64,000 nt of DNA from Gemmatimonadota bacterium (lineage in GTDB: Bacteria > Gemmatimonadota > Gemmatimonadetes > Gemmatimonadales > Gemmatimonadaceae), in assembly GCA_031127085.1 (NCBI GenBank), contig JARIEY010000001.1, positions 30,175 to 94,174 on the forward strand. Direction: 5' to 3'. The notes beneath the pieces were generated by a model. The model saw only the letters and a program-made list of their open reading frames with translations, did no database searches and was not told the origin of the DNA. Shown here in pieces: positions 57,238-64,000 of this stretch. The position numbers and the translations under genes are program-made. Numbering within the stretch: the first letter of the stretch is position 1; each line of letters begins with the position of its first letter.

Positions 57238-58689
57238 CTACTTCGTCCAGATCACGATACTGCCGCACCCCGACATCGCCTGTTGAAACTGGGGCGGCAC
57301 GAAGGACTCGTCGTAGATCTCGATGGCCCGCACCTTCGCCGGCGGCACGAGCATGTCGATTTCGCTCGCCGACGCCTGAAACAGGTTCATGCCATTCAGA
57401 AAGACCGACGGAATGCACGAGTGGTCGGCGTCGCCGCCCGGGACGAACTTGAACGCGCTGCGCATCAGCAGCAGGTCGCCGGCGCGGCGCACGATCGGGA
57501 CGTTGCGAAAGATGTCGGAGGTCTCGATGACCCCCCGCTTGCGCAGGTCGTCGCCGGTGAAGGTGCGCCCCATCGCCGACCGCTGACGCCGCTCGAAGCC
57601 GCTGTCCCAGCGATCATCCGTGTATCGGGCGACGATCTTCACCGTGTCGAGCACGGCCTGAAAGGTGTTGAGCGCCAGCCGCACGGCGGACGCACCGTCG
57701 ATCACATCGACCACGCGCCGCAGGGGATAGTAGCCCACCGCGCGCACCTCGAGCGTGCGCGTGCCGGCGGGTAGCCCGCCCAACGTCCACTCTCCGCGCT
57801 CGTCGGCACGCGTCGCTGGGCCGTCGGCCAACCGCACCATCGCGCCGGCGAGCGGCCGCCCAGCGGCGGCACTGACCACCGCGCCACGCAGGCGCCCGTC
57901 CCCAACCCGCATCAGTCGCGGCGCCATCACGATCGAGTCGGCGACCGGTGACGATGGGACCGCGCTGACCACACGCGCCGCGCCGAGGAAAAGATCGCGC
58001 CGCAGAAAGCCGTCCTTGGGTACGACGGCCTCAATCATGTCCGTGCTGTCGGCGCCGCGCGCCGCCTGCAGGAACATCGTCCCGCCGATCGGCGCGTTAC
58101 AGAGCGCAAACCATCCGTTGGCGCCCGTCGAGACGACAAGCCGCGGCCGGCGACGCTCCGTGCCCTCGGCTCGAAACGAAATCTCCATCCATTCACCGCT
58201 CACGGTCGCGTCGGCGGCGGGGGCCCCGCTGCGCGCGTCGCGCACCACGCCAACCACGGTCGCGCCCCCCAGCATCACGGTGGCATCGACGCCGGCCGCG
58301 GCGCGGCAGATGATCGCGCCGAGCGTTGGCCCCGATGGCACCGCCAGGTCCACGCGCGCGGCACGCCGCGCGACCACGGTGAGGGAGTGGAGCCGTGGTT
58401 CGATGCCCAGAGAGTCCAGGAGCGCGTGATGAAAGCCCAGCGCATAGCGGCCCTCGACGACATCATCAAACGCATAGCGGCCGAACGAATCGGAGAGCAC
58501 GGTGCGCGCCGATGCCGCGCGCCCCTCAACGGCGGCCAGCTGTACCCAGGCCCCCGCGAGCGGGACGCGGGCAATGCTGTCGTACACCACGCCGTGGATT
58601 CGGGCGCCGGGCGTCGGCGACACCGCCGGTGCCTGGGCACCGGCGACCTGCGTCAGCAGGAGTGCGAGAACGATCCGCCCAAAGCGCAT
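57238..58689 (-). CDS. carboxypeptidase-regulatory-like domain protein with C-terminal TonB-receptor-plug-like region, no barrel
   Basis: 483 aa with the signal peptide MRFGRIVLALLLTQVAGAQA. Three G-x-V-x-D ... G-x-Y segments look like CarboxypepD_reg domains. The C-terminus reads VFLNGMNL ... IEIYDE, which resembles a plug. Confidence 0.6.
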   Translation of the reverse strand: MRFGRIVLALLLTQVAGAQAPAVSPTPGARIHGVVYDSIARVPLAGAWVQLAAVEGRAASARTVLSDSFGRYAFDDVVEGRYALGFHHALLDSLGIEPRLHSLTVVARRAARVDLAVPSGPTLGAIICRAAAGVDATVMLGGATVVGVVRDARSGAPAADATVSGEWMEISFRAEGTERRRPRLVVSTGANGWFALCNAPIGGTMFLQAARGADSTDMIEAVVPKDGFLRRDLFLGAARVVSAVPSSPVADSIVMAPRLMRVGDGRLRGAVVSAAAGRPLAGAMVRLADGPATRADERGEWTLGGLPAGTRTLEVRAVGYYPLRRVVDVIDGASAVRLALNTFQAVLDTVKIVARYTDDRWDSGFERRQRSAMGRTFTGDDLRKRGVIETSDIFRNVPIVRRAGDLLLMRSAFKFVPGGDADHSCIPSVFLNGMNLFQASASEIDMLVPPAKVRAIEIYDESFVPPQFQQAMSGCGSIVIWTK

Positions 58690-58699
58690 ACAGGGAAGA

Positions 58700-59278
58700 T
58701 CATCCCCGCATCGGCTTCAGCGCCACCGTCCATCGGTGCAGCTCATCGAGCATCGCCACCGCCTTTTTGGGGTGCCCATCGGCGGCCACGAACTCCCCGG
58801 TCGACTTGTCGATGTGCTGGGCCACCTGCTGGATCATCACCGTCTCGACGAGCGGCACGACTTTGAACGTGGTGAGCACCTGCTTGGTCATCTGCACGCT
58901 GCGCAGCGCGCCGGATTCGCCGCCGTAGCTGGCGAAAGCCGCCGGCTTGTACGTCCACTCGTGGTAGATGACCTGCAGCGCATTGAGGAGCGCGGCCGGC
59001 ATCGAGAAGTCGTATTCCGGCAGCACGAACACAAACGCGTCGGCGCGACGCACCGAGGCGCTCCACCGCTGCGTCGGCTCGTGCGCATACTGCCCGAGAC
59101 GCGGGTGCGCGGCCTCGTCGAGAATGGGGAGGTTGAAGTCGGCGAGGTCCACCAACTCCACGGTGAAGCGGCCGTGCGCGCGCGCCTGCGCCTCCATCCA
59201 GCGCGCCACCGCTGGACCCACGCGCCCGGGGCGCGTCGAACAAATGATTACCTGCAGGACGAGCGGTTGATCGGTCAT
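58700..59278 (-). CDS. NADPH-dependent FMN reductase family protein
   Basis: 192 aa. Motifs: [12 protein letters not shown] and the LPEYDFSMP region. The ATG overlaps the upstream stop (ATGA). Confidence 0.75.
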   Translation of the reverse strand: MTDQPLVLQVIICSTRPGRVGPAVARWMEAQARAHGRFTVELVDLADFNLPILDEAAHPRLGQYAHEPTQRWSASVRRADAFVFVLPEYDFSMPAALLNALQVIYHEWTYKPAAFASYGGESGALRSVQMTKQVLTTFKVVPLVETVMIQQVAQHIDKSTGEFVAADGHPKKAVAMLDELHRWTVALKPMRG

Positions 59279-60306
59279 GAGAGGGCCTGTCGCACCGCTG
59301 GCGCAACCACGGTGCCGTAGAGTTCGATGGCCCGCATCATCTGGGCGTGCGGCATCGTGCCGACACTCAACTGCATCAGAAAGCGGTCCATGCCAAAGAG
59401 TTCGTGCTCGTAGAGAATCTTGTCGATCACCTGCTGCGGGCTTCCCACCAGCAGCGCGCCGTGCGGCGCACGCTCGCGGTCAAAGTGCGCGCGCGACGGG
59501 GGTGGCCAGCCGCGCTCGCGGCCAATGCGCCCCATCACGTCCGCGTAGCGCGGCCAGAACGACTCGGCGGCCTCCGCCTCGGTGTCGGCCAGAAAGCCGT
59601 GCGAGTTGATGCTCACCCGCGCCGCCGCCGGATCGTGCCCCGCGCGCGCCCAGGCGTCGCGGTAGATCTGCACGAACGGCGTGAACCGCGCCGGCTCGCC
59701 ACCGATGATCGCAATCGCCAGCGGAAGCCCGAGCGTTCCGGCGCGCGCCGCCGACTGCGGCGTGCCGCCAATGGCAATCCAGACGGGGAGCGGGTCCTGC
59801 ATCGGACGCGGGAAGACTGGCTGATCCTTCAGCGGCGCGCGGTGCGCGCCCCGCCAGGTGACACGTTCGGCCGCCCGAAGGGTCAGCAACAGGTCGAGCT
59901 TCTCGGTAAAGAGCGCGTCGTAATCGGCGAGATCGTAACCGAACAGCGGAAACGACTCGATGAACGAGCCGCGCCCGGCCATGATCTCGGCGCGTCCATT
60001 GGAGATCAGGTCTACCGTGCTGAACTCCTGAAAGACCCGCACCGGATCATCCGAACTGAGCACCGTGACGGCGCTCGTGAGTCGAATGCGCTGCGTGCGC
60101 GCCGCGGCCGCGGCCAGCACCACGGCCGGCGTGGAGACCGCGAAGTCGGGCCGGTGGTGCTCCCCAACGCCGTACACGTCGAGTCCCACCTGATCGGTGA
60201 GCACGATCTCCTCCAGCAGATCGTGCAATCGCTCCCGCGCCCCGGCACGCGTGCCGGTCGCCGGATCGATCGTGGTCTCCGCAAAGCTGTAAATACCCAG
60301 TTCCAA
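59275..60306 (-). CDS. LLM-class (luciferase-like) flavin-dependent oxidoreductase
   Basis: 343 aa. [10 protein letters not shown] ... GVGEHH fits the luciferase-like monooxygenase family. Confidence 0.75.
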   Translation of the reverse strand: MELGIYSFAETTIDPATGTRAGARERLHDLLEEIVLTDQVGLDVYGVGEHHRPDFAVSTPAVVLAAAAARTQRIRLTSAVTVLSSDDPVRVFQEFSTVDLISNGRAEIMAGRGSFIESFPLFGYDLADYDALFTEKLDLLLTLRAAERVTWRGAHRAPLKDQPVFPRPMQDPLPVWIAIGGTPQSAARAGTLGLPLAIAIIGGEPARFTPFVQIYRDAWARAGHDPAAARVSINSHGFLADTEAEAAESFWPRYADVMGRIGRERGWPPPSRAHFDRERAPHGALLVGSPQQVIDKILYEHELFGMDRFLMQLSVGTMPHAQMMRAIELYGTVVAPAVRQALS

Positions 60307-60388
60307 CGGACTGTCCTTTTATCTTTGTACTGAGATATATCCCGATCGCGCCGGCGGCACAACCCACCGCGTCGTCGTCCGCGTAGCT

Positions 60389-61348
60389 TTGTCGCATCCC
60401 TATGTTCGCTCCGTCGTCCTCTCCCCCGCCGCGCGCCGGCACCGCGCACCTGTGAGCGCCCGCGAGCGCTTCAGCGCCTTTCGACGCTCCGCACCGCGAG
60501 CGCCGCATCTCGACGCCCTCACCGTGCGTGCGCGTGGACTCGACTTTGCGGTCTTCCGCACGCCGGCCATTCCGGGTACCACGCCGTTGCTCTGCGTCAA
60601 CGGCGGTATGGTCTACTCGCACATCCTGCTCTGGCCCGCACTCTCGCCGCTTGCCGCCTCGCGCCAGATCATCCTGTACGACCAGCGCGGCCGCGGCCGC
60701 AGCCAGGCGCCGCCCGGCGCCCACGCCGCACGCATAGAGCACGACGCACTGGACCTGCCGGCCCTGCGCGACGCGCTCGGCCTCACCACCTGGGACGTAC
60801 TCGGCCATTCGTGGGGGGGCGGCATCGCCCTGCTGGGGGCGGCCGAGGACCTGGCCGGCATCCGAAACCTGGTGCTGGTGGACGCCGTTGGTCTCACCCC
60901 CGAATGGCTCACCGCATTGCACGACGCAGCCCTGGCGCGGCTCACGGGCGATGCGCGCGCGCGGCTCGCCGCCTTTGACCCCACGGCACTGCACGACCCG
61001 GACCCTGCACGACAGGCGGAGTACAACCGCGCCCTGTATCCCGCGTGGTTCCACGACGGTGAACTCGGCACGCGCTTCTCACCGCCGCTCGCGCGCAGCG
61101 AGACCGGCGCGGCGGTGGTGGCCCGGTTGCGGCGCGAGGGTTTTGACTGGCGTGCCGCGGCAGCCCGCATCCGTGCGCGCACGCTGCTCGTGCATGGCAC
61201 CTCCGACCTGATTTCCGTGGCGCAGGCCGAGCGCACGGCGGCGACCATTCCCGGGGCGCAGCTCCAGTTGATCGCCGAGGCCGGGCATATGCCGTTTTGG
61301 GAACAGCCGCAGCAGTTCTTCTCCATGGTGGAGGCATTTCTTCGATGA
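60389..61348 (+). CDS. alpha/beta hydrolase
   Basis: It has the GHSWGG nucleophile elbow and the C-terminal EAGHMPFWEQP. The start is uncertain: the track uses TTG 60389, and GTG 60452 is an alternative. Confidence 0.75.
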   Translation: MSHPYVRSVVLSPAARRHRAPVSARERFSAFRRSAPRAPHLDALTVRARGLDFAVFRTPAIPGTTPLLCVNGGMVYSHILLWPALSPLAASRQIILYDQRGRGRSQAPPGAHAARIEHDALDLPALRDALGLTTWDVLGHSWGGGIALLGAAEDLAGIRNLVLVDAVGLTPEWLTALHDAALARLTGDARARLAAFDPTALHDPDPARQAEYNRALYPAWFHDGELGTRFSPPLARSETGAAVVARLRREGFDWRAAAARIRARTLLVHGTSDLISVAQAERTAATIPGAQLQLIAEAGHMPFWEQPQQFFSMVEAFLR

Positions 61349-62145
61349 GCCGCCCCATGGTGGCACTCGCGTTGGTGGTGGCCGCGATGGCCGTGTTCAT
61401 CGTGCGGCAGGCGCGGCGCGTCCCACCGCGCCCACTGGCGCCGGTGGAAGCCAGCAACGGCGATTCCCTGAGCGACTCGCTGTCGGGCACGTCGGACGCC
61501 GCCCCAACGAACGGCCTCGTCAGCACGCGCACATCGTCGCTCCCCGCCCCCGAGCGCGATATCGCCGAGATCCAGCGCCTGCTCGCGGCTGGGGAAAGCG
61601 GCACCTACATCCGCGAGCTCTTACTGCAGCGCGATGACAACAACGCGCGCTGGACCGACCGGCGCTTCGAGCCGCTGCGCGTCTGGATTCAGCCGACGAG
61701 CGCGCTCCCCGACTTCGACCCCAGTTATCCCGGTCGAGCGCGGGAGGCATTTGAGCGCTGGATGCGCGTGGACATTCCCATCGCCTTTACGTTCGTCCGC
61801 GACTCCGCCGCCTGCGACATTCCCGTCACCTGGGTCGACAAGTTCGAGATGCCAATCTCGGGGCGCACGCGCTGGACCCACGACCAGCACTGGTGGATCG
61901 TCGGGTCATCCATTGAGGTGGCCTTGCATCACCAGAGCGGCACGCCGCTCGAATCGCTGGCCATTCACGCCATCACGCTGCACGAGGTCGGCCACGTGCT
62001 CGGGCTCGACCATACGCAGGATGAGCGCAGCATTATGGCGGCGCGAGTGCGCGTTAGCGATTTGGCCGACATCGACGAACGCACGGTGAAGCTGGTGTAC
62101 CGGCTACCACCCGGTTCCGTGCGGGGGGCGCCGGAGGCCCGGTAA
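61345..62145 (+). CDS. matrixin-type (M10) zinc metalloprotease, membrane-anchored
   Basis: Trimmed to ATG 61345 (ATGA overlap). The TM segment is MVALALVVAAMAVFIV. The zinc motif is HEVGHVLGLDH (HExxHxxGxxH). Confidence 0.8.
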   Translation: MSRPMVALALVVAAMAVFIVRQARRVPPRPLAPVEASNGDSLSDSLSGTSDAAPTNGLVSTRTSSLPAPERDIAEIQRLLAAGESGTYIRELLLQRDDNNARWTDRRFEPLRVWIQPTSALPDFDPSYPGRAREAFERWMRVDIPIAFTFVRDSAACDIPVTWVDKFEMPISGRTRWTHDQHWWIVGSSIEVALHHQSGTPLESLAIHAITLHEVGHVLGLDHTQDERSIMAARVRVSDLADIDERTVKLVYRLPPGSVRGAPEAR

Positions 62146-62178
62146 GGGGCGCAACGCATCGCCCGTCGCGCGTGCCGT

Positions 62179-62203
62179 CGCCCTGGAACCCTGTTCCAGG
62201 GCG
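62179..62203. terminator. hairpin between convergent genes
   Basis: CGCCCTGGAAC-cct-GTTCCAGGGCG, an 11-bp perfect stem, followed by tgttgccctt. Confidence 0.55.
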
Positions 62204-62219
62204 TGTTGCCCTTCCCCAG

Positions 62220-63419
62220 CTACCAGCGCAGCCACGCCGTGCGCGTCTTGCCCTTGCGCACGACCTTCAGCTTGAGCGCCTGTTCGTCGGAGTCGCTGAT
62301 CATGCGCTGCAGCAAGCGCGCGCTCATCACCGGACGGTCGCCCGCTTCCACGATGACATCTCCGCCACGCAGTCCGGCCGCCGCAGCCGGCGTTTCGGGG
62401 AGCACGCGCTGCACCAGCACGCCGCCGTCGACGCCGGTCAGTTCCTTGAAGTCATCAGTGAGCGTCGTCAGCTGCGCGCCGGCGACGATGCTTGAAAAGC
62501 CGGAGATCGCAACTGGCGGCGGTGCCTCAAAGGTCCAGACGGCGGGCGCGTCCGGGGCGTCGGGCGCAGTCGTCGCTGACGGTGCCTTGGGCGGACGCGG
62601 CACCGCAGGCCGCGCGAACGTAAGCGCGCGTGCCTCCGGGGACGGCACCCGCATCGGCTGCCCACCGACCGGCGCCAGCGCCAGCTCGACGTCCGTGCAC
62701 CCGTCGCCGAATCCATCGGGGCGCTTCTGCACCTGCACGGTGATCACCTGCTCGCGCCCATCGCGGGCAATGCGCACCGGAAGCTTGCGCCCCGGCACGA
62801 GCACCTGCGCGAGCACGACGTCGCGCCCCACCACCTCGCGGCCGTCGAGTGCCACAATACGGTCACCACGGCGCAGCCCGGCACGTTCCGCCGGCGATCC
62901 GTTTTCAACGGAGATGATCTCGGGCGGCTCTTCGAACTTGTACACCTCGGCGCCGCTTCCCTCGCGCTTGACCGTCCCCGTGATGTTGAAGGTGACGCCC
63001 AGATAGCCGTCCGGTGCGCGATCCGTCCCCTTCCGGCTGCCGCACGCAATCTGAATCTTGGACAGCAGCTTCAGGTTGCTCTCGCTGATCTTCTGCAACT
63101 GTTCTTCGAGCGCCTGTCGCCGCGCGAAGTTCTGCTGCGCCGCTCCGTATTCGCGCAACGCCATCCCAATGCGCTCCTCGAGCATGCGCGACTGCGCGAG
63201 TGACCGCATCAGCGAATCAAGCCCTTCCAGCACCACCGTGACTTTCATGTGATCGCTGCTGTCCACCCGCACGGTCAGCGTGCGCGTCGAGCGCGGCGCG
63301 GTGGTCTGCGGCGCGCTCGCCTGCTGCGCGCCCGCGCCACCGACCGCCGCGCCCATCAGCGCGCCAGTCGTCAGAATCACCGGCGCCACGCGCCGCATCG
63401 AAATCGAGAACCGCATCAT
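62220..63419 (-). CDS. secreted protein with two PDZ domains
   Basis: Trimmed from TTG 63428 to ATG 63419 (MMRFSISMRRVAPVILTTGALMGAAVGGAGAQQ). The PDZ-like cores are VENGSPAERAGLRRGDRIVALDG and PETPAAAAGLRGGDVIVEAGD. Confidence 0.75.
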   Translation of the reverse strand: MMRFSISMRRVAPVILTTGALMGAAVGGAGAQQASAPQTTAPRSTRTLTVRVDSSDHMKVTVVLEGLDSLMRSLAQSRMLEERIGMALREYGAAQQNFARRQALEEQLQKISESNLKLLSKIQIACGSRKGTDRAPDGYLGVTFNITGTVKREGSGAEVYKFEEPPEIISVENGSPAERAGLRRGDRIVALDGREVVGRDVVLAQVLVPGRKLPVRIARDGREQVITVQVQKRPDGFGDGCTDVELALAPVGGQPMRVPSPEARALTFARPAVPRPPKAPSATTAPDAPDAPAVWTFEAPPPVAISGFSSIVAGAQLTTLTDDFKELTGVDGGVLVQRVLPETPAAAAGLRGGDVIVEAGDRPVMSARLLQRMISDSDEQALKLKVVRKGKTRTAWLRW

Positions 63420-63440
63420 CGTAATCAACCTTGAGTAAAG

Positions 63441-63477
63441 CTCTGTTGTCTCTCTGTAGTCTCTCTGTTGTCTCTCT
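63441..63477. repeat. perfect 15-nt direct repeat CTCTGTTGTCTCTCT, two copies 22 nt apart, in a polypyrimidine tract
   Basis: The copies are at 63441-63455 and 63463-63477. They lie in the 58-nt gap between the upstream gene's stop and the PDZ gene's start. Confidence 0.85.
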
Positions 63478-64000
63478 TCAGTATCTTTCTAGGGCTTGCT
63501 TGGCCGGCAACGCCGCCTGGTACTGTTTCAGGGTCGCTTCGCGCGCGGCCATCGCCGAGAGATAGTACTGGTTGAGCACCGGATCCTGCGGGGCCTGATA
63601 CAGCGCCGTGCGCGTGGAGGCCACGATGTTGTCGAGTGCGGTCAGGCGCGCGCGATAGGTGTTGATGTTCAGGCCGATGAAATGCGACGTCGTGTCCTGA
63701 GCAGCCAGGTAGGCCGCCGCATCGGAGTACTGCTGCTGCGCCGACGTCAGCACCTGCATCGCCGCCTGCGGCGAATCGAAGTTCGGTGCGGCGAGCGGCG
63801 CTGCCGCCGCCGCGCGCGAGGCCTCGGGCGCGGCACCCGTGAAGACCGCTCCGCCGAACCCGTCGCCCGCACTCCAGCGCCCAACGAGCGCGCTCCCCGC
63901 CACCAGCACCAGACCGGCGGCGATGCGTGTCGTCCACCACAGTCGAGACGATCGCGGCGAAGCAACTGGCACGGTGGAGACAATGCCTTCCGCCTTGAGC
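63478..64000 (-). CDS. membrane-anchored hypothetical protein (possibly an anti-sigma-factor C-terminal part); 5' end may lie outside the window
   Basis: The track start at 63972 is a GTG, and the frame stays open upstream to position 64000. It has the TM segment LWWTTRIAAGLVLVAGSALVG followed by an Ala-rich periplasmic part. Confidence 0.5.
   Translation of the reverse strand, partial: LKAEGIVSTVPVASPRSSRLWWTTRIAAGLVLVAGSALVGRWSAGDGFGGAVFTGAAPEASRAAAAAPLAAPNFDSPQAAMQVLTSAQQQYSDAAAYLAAQDTTSHFIGLNINTYRARLTALDNIVASTRTALYQAPQDPVLNQYYLSAMAAREATLKQYQAALPAKQALERY

Overview
The window is a high-GC (about 70% by eye), gene-dense bacterial chromosome segment. I support about 55 protein-coding genes. 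I saw no rRNA, tRNA, CRISPR array, integrase or transposase. Many secreted peptidases, carboxypeptidase-regulatory/TonB-type proteins and signal peptides ending AQ/AQQ fit a Gemmatimonadota-like soil bacterium, but that is inference and I cannot verify it.

Most of the window is housekeeping:
- peptidases of families M16, M1, M14 and M10
- a fatty-acid beta-oxidation pair, glpD, proline dehydrogenase, rsgA, greA, queG and moaB
- a periplasmic xanthine-dehydrogenase-family oxidoreductase
- a TonB-dependent receptor and a hybrid sensor kinase

Many of the longest ORFs in the supplied track are antisense or 5'-extended high-GC artefacts. I trimmed starts by hand. Fourteen gene junctions show 4-nt GTGA or ATGA stop/start overlaps, and these helped fix the starts.

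Observations worth a second look:
1. 28781-33759: an AT-richer islet. It carries a single-chain MmeI-family restriction-modification enzyme translationally coupled to an AlbA_2/HATPase_c_4-type protein. A roughly 1-kb GC trough sits over the presumed target-recognition region.
2. 41264-46707: a 5.4-kb insertion into the 3' end of queG, bounded by 56-nt direct repeats. It supplies a new queG 3' end and leaves the displaced 3' end as a remnant.
3. 33908-37230: a LOG-family / deoxyhypusine-synthase-like / unknown-protein operon. All three products start with Lys/Arg-rich tails.
4. 21795-21815 and 35433-35453: two copies of an AT-rich 8-5-8 palindrome written in rare codons inside unrelated genes.
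5. 40122-40284 and 20804-20838: inverted GATGGCR heptamer arrays at gene 5' ends.
6. 27811-27853: a terminator-like hairpin in the greA leader.

All family calls come from motif recognition by eye. No database search was run.
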